From the sequence record MK568540.2: a stretch of 64,000 nucleotides of DNA. One strand, 5' to 3'. A program made the translations under genes and the position numbers. Positions 1-7,899 of this stretch are shown one piece after another. Under the pieces are notes generated by a model, which was not told where the DNA came from, did no database searches, and worked only from the letters and a program-made list of their open reading frames with translations. Position 1 is the stretch's first letter. Each line of letters opens with the position of its first letter.

Positions 1-5
1 AACTT

Positions 6-34
6 CACTAAAACTACTAATACTACTAAGATGA
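6..34. repeat. 9-bp degenerate tandem array, copy 1 (CACTAAAAC-TACTAATAC-TACTAAGAT-GA); may continue beyond window start
   Basis: 7-34 ACTAAAACTACTAATACTACTAAGATGA matches 45071-45098 at 26/28 nt. Confidence 0.8.
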
Positions 35-59
35 TGCCCAATTTTTGGGCCTCAGTTGG

Positions 60-623
60 TTATTTCGCTTCGCTCTTCTTGTTCTTTTTAACCAGATTCC
101 AGAATCGAAAGCCCAATTTCTTGATTTGCTTTAACTGCTCTTCGATTGTCATCTTTCCACCATGTAGACGTTTTGGCATTCTTACTTCTCTTGCATTGAG
201 AAAACCATCTACTTCGATTATACCAGCCCACTCAGGTACATCAGCATGGTCGACAAGACCTTTCGGGAATGCATACCAGAAGTAATTGCTCATTTTACCA
301 TCTTGCAATGCATCACGTTTTGGTGTTTTGGTATACTTGTCACGCCAGTGATCGTAAGACTCATTTTCGATTAGAACAGTTTTCTGCTCGTCAACTCGAT
401 AATCTGCTTTAGATACTTTGATTTCAATCTCATCACATAAACCACTTGGTCGAATACCAAATAAATCAGCTTCATTATCGAACTTGGTGTAACAGTTTGG
501 TATAACCGCTGTGTATCTCTTGTGAATCCATACGCTTTGTACGGCAATTGCGTACTGTACATCTGCTTCTGTAATGTCTTTTGTGTCTTTCTCTTTTTTC
601 ATAAATGCCATGATAAGTCTCAC
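60..623 (-). CDS. MmcB-like / PD-(D/E)XK-fold putative nuclease
   Basis: EADLFGI...EIEIKVSKADYRVD and NYFWYAFP motifs resemble the MmcB family. Confidence 0.55.
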   Translation of the reverse strand: MRLIMAFMKKEKDTKDITEADVQYAIAVQSVWIHKRYTAVIPNCYTKFDNEADLFGIRPSGLCDEIEIKVSKADYRVDEQKTVLIENESYDHWRDKYTKTPKRDALQDGKMSNYFWYAFPKGLVDHADVPEWAGIIEVDGFLNAREVRMPKRLHGGKMTIEEQLKQIKKLGFRFWNLVKKNKKSEAK

Positions 624-663
624 TCATATACTGTTATGAGTACTTATGTCATGTTTCAGATAC

Positions 664-688
664 AAAAAAAGCTCCCGAAGGAGCTTTA
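664..688 (-). terminator. Rho-independent terminator
   Basis: Minus strand AAAGCTCC-TTCG-GGAGCTTT followed by a U-run. Confidence 0.85.
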
Positions 689-811
689 TCTATCGCGATA
701 ATTATCATCGCCGCAGTCAGGACACGACCAGAATATAATGCCACATACACTTGTTTCATTCCTGTTCGTGTGCTTGCAGTATAGTTTACGAAAGTGTTTA
801 AAAAGTACCAT
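686..811 (-). CDS. 41-aa Zn-ribbon-like miniprotein (not in ORF track)
   Basis: Manual translation MVLFKHFRKLYCKHTNRNETSVCGIIFWSCPDCGDDNYRDR; start overlaps rnl2 end, stop runs into the terminator. Confidence 0.6.
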   Translation of the reverse strand: MVLFKHFRKLYCKHTNRNETSVCGIIFWSCPDCGDDNYRDR

Positions 812-1805
812 CAACGATATTCAACCAGTTCTTACGCAAGATCTCGTTGGCTACATTGACTAGAGAACGCTTGATAACATCCCAATCATCACGAGGGATT
901 GCTACTTCGTCTCGTTCGTCACGTTCAAACTCATCTTTCGCGTCTTTGACAAACAAACCACTTACCATACCGAACTGCTTCGCTTCAACTTTGCCGATCT
1001 TACTCAGTACATTGCGCAAGCGGTTTTCAGTTAGATAACAACTAAATGCAGCGTGCAGTTTTTCTTGTTCTTCTGTAAGAACAACTTTAGCTCGCGGCGT
1101 TTTTCCCTGCTTATTCTTTTTCTCTTTGAATTTCTCATTCTTAACCTTCAAGATTGCACGAGAACCGTTGTGTAAGCGTTTCTCCGCTTTCAATTGCTTA
1201 ACTACGAACCCTTCTGCTACGTTTTCACTATCAACGTCAGCGGGCGTGTGAAAGCTTCTGAAGAGGGGATCGATTTTAAGTAGTTCATCAAGTGTACCGC
1301 GTGCGATTTCGTGAGTCGTCTTGACTCCAGCAAACTTACATGCTTTGAGCACAACATCCCAATCTAGAAACTCACCGGTTTCTGGGCATAAGATATCGTA
1401 AGCCCAGAAATCTTTATCACCGTAGTTGACTTCTTTTTGAATGCCTTTACCTGCAAGTTCACCATAGACTATGATCGTTTCATCGTTTTTGATAAAATCA
1501 TTGGCAAATAGCCAATTTGAGATATCTTGCATTTTTTCGATGTGAGCTTCTACAACGCTCGTACAACCGTAGAAGTCGTAATCACCCATAGCATTAGCGC
1601 CAATAGTAGAAGTGCGTTTAGCGGGCGTTACAGACATCTCTCCAGGTACTTCCTCAGTGCTTGGTTTGAATTCGACGATAAAGCTGAAGTTGGCACCGTG
1701 GATCTTCTCAAGAGCTACCCATTCTTTGACGCCAAGCATGTCACATTTGTCTACGAATGCTTGACGGTAGCTGTTTTCTAATGATGTGTATTTCACAAAG
1801 CTCAT
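798..1805 (-). CDS. rnl2: RNA ligase 2 (T4 gp24.1 family)
   Basis: Motif I EKIHGANFS, YGELAG, AEGFVVK, ILKVKNEKFKE; C-terminal Rnl2 domain. Confidence 0.95.
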   Translation of the reverse strand: MSFVKYTSLENSYRQAFVDKCDMLGVKEWVALEKIHGANFSFIVEFKPSTEEVPGEMSVTPAKRTSTIGANAMGDYDFYGCTSVVEAHIEKMQDISNWLFANDFIKNDETIIVYGELAGKGIQKEVNYGDKDFWAYDILCPETGEFLDWDVVLKACKFAGVKTTHEIARGTLDELLKIDPLFRSFHTPADVDSENVAEGFVVKQLKAEKRLHNGSRAILKVKNEKFKEKKNKQGKTPRAKVVLTEEQEKLHAAFSCYLTENRLRNVLSKIGKVEAKQFGMVSGLFVKDAKDEFERDERDEVAIPRDDWDVIKRSLVNVANEILRKNWLNIVDGTF

Positions 1806-1814
1806 AATTTTACC

Positions 1815-2075
1815 TTAAATTCCTAAAAAACGTTCACGATGTGCAAGCTCTTCATGACTTGCGATTTCTTTTTCTATTTCGATCTCATTGTAAGAGATTC
1901 GACCTTTTGAATCTGACAACATGATGATTGTCACTTCTGGGTTGAATTCGATTTCGAACTCTGGCGTGATATAACGCTCTCGACCATCTTCAAAGTATCG
2001 AACTTCGACGACGCTGAATTCACATATCGCAAGAGTTTCGAGTCGTTGTCTTAAATGTCTCAATTTCATTGTCAT
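1815..2075 (-). CDS. hypothetical protein
   Basis: Start reassigned to 2075 (MTMKL) behind an AAGGA SD and the promoter at 2101-2129. Confidence 0.65.
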   Translation of the reverse strand: MTMKLRHLRQRLETLAICEFSVVEVRYFEDGRERYITPEFEIEFNPEVTIIMLSDSKGRISYNEIEIEKEIASHEELAHRERFLGI

Positions 2076-2100
2076 ATTCCTTATATGAATTTGCCTTCTC

Positions 2101-2129
2101 ATTGTACATATAAACAATAGCATAGTCAA
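2101..2129 (-). promoter_or_regulatory. sigma70-type early promoter TTGACT-N17-TACAAT, overlapping a plus-strand late-like TATAAACA (2109-2116) upstream of gp49
   Basis: Direct reading of both strands. Confidence 0.65.
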
Positions 2130-2147
2130 TAACTTTTTGAGAAAAAC

Positions 2148-2654
2148 ATGAGCAAACAACTTAAACAATCAGAACTGACAGAATGCCGTAATGAACTAAT
2201 CATGGATCAATTGGACAGATGTGTGTTGTGCGGTACTAAATTGAGTGAAGAGAAAAGCACGCCACATACTGACCACGACCACAACACGGGGCATATTCGA
2301 GGCGTTCTGTGTCGAGCGTGCAATACTTACGAAGGCGTTGTGATTCATAAGTTTACAAGAAGTGGTTTGAAAGGTCGTGGAATTGATTACATTCAGTGGC
2401 TTAAAAATCTAGTAGAATACCTAGAAGCTGATTACTCAGATAATGATTATCACCCTCAGCACCCAAAAGACCAAACTAAGATCTTCAGTCGATTAAAACT
2501 GCAAGAGCAAAAAGAACATTTAGACAGTCTAGGTATTAAGTACCCAGAGGGTGCGAAGAAAAGCGAATTGGAAAAGATTTACAGAAAGAGTTTCTTGAAT
2601 AACCCGCGTTGTGATTTTGACAACAACAAGTATGGTTATGGAGATGACGAATAG
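2148..2654 (+). CDS. 49: Recombination endonuclease VII (Holliday junction resolvase)
   Basis: CVLC...DHDHNTGHIRGVLCRACNTYEG His-Me finger plus EndoVII C-terminal dimerisation region. Confidence 0.92.
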   Translation: MSKQLKQSELTECRNELIMDQLDRCVLCGTKLSEEKSTPHTDHDHNTGHIRGVLCRACNTYEGVVIHKFTRSGLKGRGIDYIQWLKNLVEYLEADYSDNDYHPQHPKDQTKIFSRLKLQEQKEHLDSLGIKYPEGAKKSELEKIYRKSFLNNPRCDFDNNKYGYGDDE

Positions 2655-2655
2655 C

Positions 2656-2685
2656 AAAAAGGGAGCAATTAGCTCCCTTTTTTTT
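2656..2685. terminator. Bidirectional terminator between convergent genes
   Basis: AAAAAGGGAGC-AATTA-GCTCCCTTTTTTTT; near-identical to 48393-48418. Confidence 0.85.
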
Positions 2686-3073
2686 ATACAATGATAGTTT
2701 CAGTACCGATTGTAATGACTGTTTGTGTCTTGACTTCAATCGTGTTGTTCATGTCTTCGTTCAAGCTGATCATTTCTTCAATGTCATCGCTCTCGAATGC
2801 TTCATGGTCGAACATGATTTCAGTGATTGACCAATCTTCACCTTGAGACTCACTCCAAGCCAGTGCCATGTCGCGCTGTTCTTCATGTATGCAAACTTCC
2901 GCTTCTGTTTCAGAATGCTTACCGTCTAGGTCACTGAAAGAAAAGCTAAATGCGCAAATCGCATCTTCATATTTCTCAACGAACTCAGCCGTAACCCAGC
3001 ACGTGTGTGCTGCGGTCGCGTTGCTGTAGTAGCCAGTTGCTGATACTTCAATTAGTCTAAGATTGTCGTTCAT
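2684..3073 (-). CDS. hypothetical acidic protein
   Basis: Start reassigned to MNDNL (3073), directly after the gp31 stop. Confidence 0.65.
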   Translation of the reverse strand: MNDNLRLIEVSATGYYSNATAAHTCWVTAEFVEKYEDAICAFSFSFSDLDGKHSETEAEVCIHEEQRDMALAWSESQGEDWSITEIMFDHEAFESDDIEEMISLNEDMNNTIEVKTQTVITIGTETIIV

Positions 3074-3075
3074 TG

Positions 3076-3414
3076 TTATGCCTCGTCGTCGCGATATACA
3101 GCCGCGATGTTTTTGTAGTGTGTATGCACCCATAGCGCACGATCTTGATCGTCTGGCTTCATGATACCTTCGATAATGCGTGGGTCAGGTACGTTTTTGA
3201 TATTACCTAGTGGTAATAGAACTTTGTCACCTACTTTGATGACCTTTTGGTCTACGTCTTCGCCGACAGAAATCACAATACCGTGAAGCGGAACTTCGGG
3301 TTGAGTAGCACGCCCGAGAACGATACCACCTTCAGATTTGATTTCTTCACCTTCTTTAACTGCTTTAGTGTCGATGATGATTTGTTCGCCCATTGCGTGT
3401 GCTTTAAGTGTCAT
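3076..3414 (-). CDS. 31: GroES-like co-chaperonin for capsid folding (gp31)
   Basis: AMGEQII...KSEGGIVLG...VISVGEDV...VGDKVLLPLGNIKNVPDP and HYKNIAAVY align with T4 gp31. Confidence 0.92.
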   Translation of the reverse strand: MTLKAHAMGEQIIIDTKAVKEGEEIKSEGGIVLGRATQPEVPLHGIVISVGEDVDQKVIKVGDKVLLPLGNIKNVPDPRIIEGIMKPDDQDRALWVHTHYKNIAAVYRDDEA

Positions 3415-3924
3415 TATTTCTCTCGTCTTTTGTATTTGTTTCGTGTTGCTTCAAATGCTGCAATGCGTTCGTCTGTAGCTTTCTTTCGCTCTTCAAACTC
3501 ACGACATTTCTTGCGCATATTACCATCTTCGATGTCATAATCTCGACTCTCAGGACCACGTTGGTCCCAACCAATCCAGAAGTTATTCACGTCATCGAGT
3601 AATTCTTTTTCTGTAGCCATTATATAGTTCTCACGAAAGTTGATGATTTGATGAGTTAGGGCCCATCACTCCTATTTGTTGATCGCTGTTTTATCAGCGC
3701 ACTGCGACCGTCTCTCAGTGCGGACTATTTAGTTCAAACCCGCGGAAGTCGTCGTATGTTCTTGTGTATACGTCGCCTAGTTCGCTCGTGTAAGTGATAG
3801 CATTGTACCACTTACCGTCGAACTTGAGTTTGCCTTTACTCGTTACTGTATACACATTGCTCGTCTTCTTGTGAATAATACACTGTCCGACGCGCAAGTG
3901 TTCAGCAAACGGGTCTTTAATCAA
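3414..3924 (-). other. Two small hypothetical CDSs (3414-3620, 3715-3924)
   Basis: ORF track; co-oriented and tightly packed. Confidence 0.6.
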
Positions 3925-4192
3925 ACGATTTCACTTCGCGTAAATTAGCTCGTTTAAACGAACGCCAGCCATTAGCTTCAAGATCGAAGTAACCGCATGT
4001 CGCTTTTTGCTTTTCTGTTTTCTCTGGCTTTGTCTCACCTTCAGCTAAAGGCTTTTCTTTCGGGTGAAACTCAGCAGGGATGAAATCGAGATTGCGCGTA
4101 CCAGTTACAGTCTTAATAGAACCATCTGCTTTCTCAAATTCAAATGTGACTTTACCATTTTTCAGCAAGTCGTCGATATTCACTTCAATCAT
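3917..4192 (-). CDS. SH3/Sm-like beta-barrel protein (WYL_2/DUF2693-like)
   Basis: VTFEFEKADGSIKTVTGTRN...YFDLEANGWRSFK pattern. Confidence 0.6.
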   Translation of the reverse strand: MIEVNIDDLLKNGKVTFEFEKADGSIKTVTGTRNLDFIPAEFHPKEKPLAEGETKPEKTEKQKATCGYFDLEANGWRSFKRANLREVKSFD

Positions 4193-4201
4193 GTTTTAAC
4201 C

Positions 4202-4810
4202 TCACATAAAGAAATAGGGATTTTCAAGAGTCTTGAACTCGTTTACGACTGTCATCTTAAACGTCTTAAAGTCGATGTTAAACACTTTATTTGGCTCAAC
4301 ATGCTCTGGAGTTAAAATCGTTCGCGTGCTGCTAAACGATGTACCGTCTTCGCTCATGAACAACGGGCTAATTTCATTGCGAAATACACGCAAATTGCCG
4401 TTAATGAAGTGAAAACAAGCAAACGTACCGTCAAGTTCGTTTAATTTGCCGTAGCAAATCGCTTCAGCAATGTGTGCAGTATCCCATTCTTGAGTCTGAT
4501 TTTTCATGTAATGGTCTTTGAGAATACCATTATGCCACACGTGTGAATCATGCAACTGACCGTTCTCTTCAATTGTTACAATAGCGGGATGTGCTTGAGC
4601 ACTTGTTCCCGTTGGTGCTTGTACATGACAGATATAAAAATCTGCACTATCAGGCACATTAGTTGTATTGAACGCCCCTGTAAACTTGTGAACCGTCACA
4701 TGACCGTTCTTAAACGTACTCACAGAGTGAGTACGCGAACCACGATGAATATTACTCTTTGACAATTCAATAAGCTCTTGCTTGCTTCTAGCAGCAAATA
4801 GTCCACACAT
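4202..4810 (-). CDS. Stand-alone class II (Ntn) glutamine amidotransferase
   Basis: N-terminal MCG nucleophile, HRG, HVQAPT, HP, HNGIL, DT, LDGTFA, R..ISPL; start overlaps the queC stop. Confidence 0.85.
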   Translation of the reverse strand: MCGLFAARSKQELIELSKSNIHRGSRTHSVSTFKNGHVTVHKFTGAFNTTNVPDSADFYICHVQAPTGTSAQAHPAIVTIEENGQLHDSHVWHNGILKDHYMKNQTQEWDTAHIAEAICYGKLNELDGTFACFHFINGNLRVFRNEISPLFMSEDGTSFSSTRTILTPEHVEPNKVFNIDFKTFKMTVVNEFKTLENPYFFM

Positions 4811-5526
4811 TAATGACCTGCCTTAGCAAATACTTGTTCCCATGGGATATCAATCGAGTAAGGTGCTGGGTCTTTAATACCCGCTTTACCGAAGTTCATG
4901 ATGCGTTCAGCACATGACGGACATTTACCACAGCTTTCACCTGCTTCGTTAGGGTCGTAACACGTTAGACTATCTTCAAACGGTACACCGAGCTTAACAC
5001 CAATAGCGATTTCATCTGCCTTTGACATACGAGCGAACGGAGCAAGTAATGCAATCTCGTGTTGACGATTCAGTGCAGATAGATTGTTCATGCCGTCAAG
5101 AAAGTCTTGTGTGCAGTCCCAGTAACCGTATGCGTCATGCACTTGAATGCCAGTAAAAACCGCTGCACAGCCATTTGCTTGCGCGAATGAGAACGCGATT
5201 GTGTTCAATAGCATATTACGATATGGAACTTCAGTTGGCGGTTGAGGGTCGCCTAGAACGTCTTGAATAGTTGGCATAGCAACATCTGAACCAGCGATAT
5301 TTGCACATACAGGTGCTACCACTTCACCTAAGAATGAGATGTCGATTAGACGATGCTCGATACCGAGCTTTTGACAAGTCAATTTAGCTTTTTCTAGCTC
5401 AATTGACTGTTTTTGACCGTAGTAGAACGATAATGCAAACACATTGTCTTTGCCGTATTCATCTACTAGTTTGTACGTAAGGATTGTTGAGTCCAAGCCA
5501 CCGCTTAGAACAGATACTACTTTCAT
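4810..5526 (-). CDS. queC: 7-cyano-7-deazaguanine (preQ0) synthase
   Basis: SGGLDS PP-loop, YGQK, VPYRN, DC, Zn motif TCY...CGKCPSC; start reassigned to 5526 behind a GAGAGG SD. Confidence 0.95.
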   Translation of the reverse strand: MKVVSVLSGGLDSTILTYKLVDEYGKDNVFALSFYYGQKQSIELEKAKLTCQKLGIEHRLIDISFLGEVVAPVCANIAGSDVAMPTIQDVLGDPQPPTEVPYRNMLLNTIAFSFAQANGCAAVFTGIQVHDAYGYWDCTQDFLDGMNNLSALNRQHEIALLAPFARMSKADEIAIGVKLGVPFEDSLTCYDPNEAGESCGKCPSCAERIMNFGKAGIKDPAPYSIDIPWEQVFAKAGH

Positions 5527-5532
5527 TTTTAA

Positions 5533-5570
5533 CCTCTCAAGTATATGAGTGCTCACAATTGAACACTCAT
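5533..5570 (-). promoter_or_regulatory. Stem-loop immediately upstream of the queC SD
   Basis: Minus strand ATGAGTGTTC-AATTGT-GAGCACTCAT followed by ATACTTGAGAGG. Confidence 0.55.
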
Positions 5571-5581
5571 CATAGCTCTTA

Positions 5582-6490
5582 TTACTGACGGAATAAACAA
5601 CTTCCGTTAGTGTGCGAGACAACTTCACTACCAAGTGCTTCTGGTAGTAGTTCTTCATGCGTTGCACGTGCTGGGCAGATATTCCAACCGCCGCGACGTG
5701 TGTATAACGCTGTTACCATAAGCTCTTGTGGGTCGAACTTATCAAGTAACGCTTTGTAAATCATTTCAACACATTCTTCATGGAAATGATTCTCTTTACG
5801 GAATGACACGATGTATTGCATGAGACTGTCAATAGTTGGTGTTTTTTCACCTTTCATGTATACATACAGATCACCGAAATCTGGTTGATGCGTCACGCGA
5901 CAGTTAGAACGTAGATTCGGCGTGAACACTTTCATGCGCTTCACGTGAGATTCTTGCAGTAAATCAGCATCTGCACCGCTTTCTGAGTCGAATACAGTGT
6001 CTTCAGATACGTATTTGTCGAGTTCTGCATACCCTGTCATACCGTGCGGTTGTGTTGATCTGACTGTGAAGAAGCTCACTTGTACTTCAGCACCGATGAC
6101 TTCAGATAGGTCACGCGACGCGATAGCTTCAATTGCACCTTGTACTTCAGCACGAGTCGCAGCGACTTTAGCCATGTTGAAGCTGTTCCAATACAGTTTC
6201 ATTGATTTACTTTCAACGATATTCGGTGAATCGCTTGGGTACACGACTTTCGCCATACCAGATACAGGCAGACCTTGTTCAGTCAGTGCCGATACTTCGA
6301 AGCCATGCCATGTATCAAACCCTGCAAAGTCTTCGTTTGTGATACCGTAATCAGTTCGATTTAGCTCACGCGGGATTGGTACAAGTAAATCTGGTCGAAC
6401 GTCTACGATATTAACGAAATCGCTGTAATCGCCAGCTTTTTTACCTAAATGCTCAGCCGCAATAGCTGATACTTCATCATAATTGCTCAT
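5582..6490 (-). CDS. queF: NADPH-dependent preQ0 reductase, bimodular (Gram-negative type)
   Basis: QueF motif VESKSMKLYWNSF, catalytic SNCRVTHQPD, HFHEECVE, YTRRGG. Confidence 0.93.
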   Translation of the reverse strand: MSNYDEVSAIAAEHLGKKAGDYSDFVNIVDVRPDLLVPIPRELNRTDYGITNEDFAGFDTWHGFEVSALTEQGLPVSGMAKVVYPSDSPNIVESKSMKLYWNSFNMAKVAATRAEVQGAIEAIASRDLSEVIGAEVQVSFFTVRSTQPHGMTGYAELDKYVSEDTVFDSESGADADLLQESHVKRMKVFTPNLRSNCRVTHQPDFGDLYVYMKGEKTPTIDSLMQYIVSFRKENHFHEECVEMIYKALLDKFDPQELMVTALYTRRGGWNICPARATHEELLPEALGSEVVSHTNGSCLFRQ

Positions 6491-6519
6491 GTATACCTCA
6501 TAAAGAGCGCCCGTAGGCG

Positions 6520-7899
6520 CTATTCTTGTTCTTTGAAAGCTGGGAATTCAGCAGTTGTACCGCGACGAATACGCATAGATGGTAGCTTGTCAATATGACT
6601 TGCGTGCCATCGCTGATATGCAGCAACGTCTTTCACATCAAGTAGTTTGTCTAAAACGTCTAGACGACGAATCGCAGACCATTTCTTAAACCCTTCTTGC
6701 GGTTCTTTTTCTTCTACAACCCCGCCGAAGAATGATGATAAGTCAACTGCTTTCGGTGTATTCAAGTCAAGAGTTTCGGAGATGATTGCTTGGAAATTAT
6801 TGACTTGTGATAAGATTATACACATATTACAAGCAACTTCAAACACAATATCTTCGTCTGTCATCGTTTCTTTGTCGAGTTCTTTCAACCACAATCGTGT
6901 TGCGAACTCTTTGAACTCTTCTTTACCCCGAGGTAACACATGACCGAAACGACCCCACACTTCATCTAGCATTTCATCTAGTTCACGCGACGGTAATTTC
7001 TTACCATCTTTAAAGATGCCGTGACCTGAGATCTTACGACGACGACCGAGCTTATCTGTGTATTCACGATTGGTTAAACAACCAGTGTGAGTTGATGAGT
7101 CGTAGCTAATGTGAAAATCATCACCGAAATAACCGCTTCTGATAAGAGCTACAGCAGGCAACAATCGCTTAACCGAACCGACACCTAGCATATGCACAGA
7201 TTTCTTTGCTTTATCTGGGATATTGAGCTTCGGAATGACACTCATCATGTCAATAGACTCACGCACGCCATTACCAATACATGTATCGGCAGCAGCACAC
7301 CCAGCAATGTGATGCTCAACGCCTTCAAGTTGTGACATTATACCATCACTAAATGCCTTAAAGTCATCGTCTGAGTTGCCTTGTAAGATTATGTACGGTT
7401 TACAATCGCTTTCTTTCTCAAGATATGTTTCAATCTGAGCGCGTATGTTCTTACCTGTTTTAACACCGTATTTGTACGCTAGATCATACATGAAGACCTT
7501 GTCTTTCGTGTTGATACGAGCAGAACCACCACCTTGTGCTTCATTGTGCAACGGGATTTCATCGAAACACATGCCAATATCACCAGACTCTGCTTGATTC
7601 TCGTAAACTGCTTTACGAAGTTCTGGTGTATTCTCTAGACCTAAGTTAACAATCTGAAGACCGCCAGAATCGACATGAATCTTGTATACAGAATCACCGA
7701 ACAAGTCTTTAATTTGCTTACCGACTTTCTTTTCAGTGTATGCGTTATACAACATACTGATTTTATGAACACCGTCGAGATCTTGTGCTGTGTCTAGTAT
7801 TTTACGCAAATAGGACGTGTCAACCACGTCCATTAGTTTATGTGCTGCACCAAGACGAGCATGACCCGTCGCAGACATAACGTATTCAATTATCATCAA
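6520..7899 (-). CDS. dpdA: Divergent TGT-fold transglycosylase, probable DNA 7-deazaguanine insertase (DpdA2-like)
   Basis: VDSGGLQ, FDEIP, ILQG, HMLGVG and SYDSST TGT motifs; no Cys-rich Zn motif; embedded in the que operon. Confidence 0.75.
   Translation of the reverse strand: MMIIEYVMSATGHARLGAAHKLMDVVDTSYLRKILDTAQDLDGVHKISMLYNAYTEKKVGKQIKDLFGDSVYKIHVDSGGLQIVNLGLENTPELRKAVYENQAESGDIGMCFDEIPLHNEAQGGGSARINTKDKVFMYDLAYKYGVKTGKNIRAQIETYLEKESDCKPYIILQGNSDDDFKAFSDGIMSQLEGVEHHIAGCAAADTCIGNGVRESIDMMSVIPKLNIPDKAKKSVHMLGVGSVKRLLPAVALIRSGYFGDDFHISYDSSTHTGCLTNREYTDKLGRRRKISGHGIFKDGKKLPSRELDEMLDEVWGRFGHVLPRGKEEFKEFATRLWLKELDKETMTDEDIVFEVACNMCIILSQVNNFQAIISETLDLNTPKAVDLSSFFGGVVEEKEPQEGFKKWSAIRRLDVLDKLLDVKDVAAYQRWHASHIDKLPSMRIRRGTTAEFPAFKEQE

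Noticed and set aside
3715-3721. UGA stop followed by hairpins as a possible SECIS/selenocysteine readthrough
   Set aside because: Readthrough hits TGA-TAA after 6 codons and there is no selenoprotein context
5527-5667. 47-aa N-terminal extension of QueC in the ORF track (similar extensions at 10764, 20040, 39488, 41172, 51195)
   Set aside because: It overlaps the upstream gene; an SD-supported downstream ATG gives the family-typical start
5582-6490. QueF as a QueF-like (QueF-L) amidinotransferase making G+
   Set aside because: It retains the full NADPH-binding QueF motif (ESKSxKLY) and the bimodular length of true reductases
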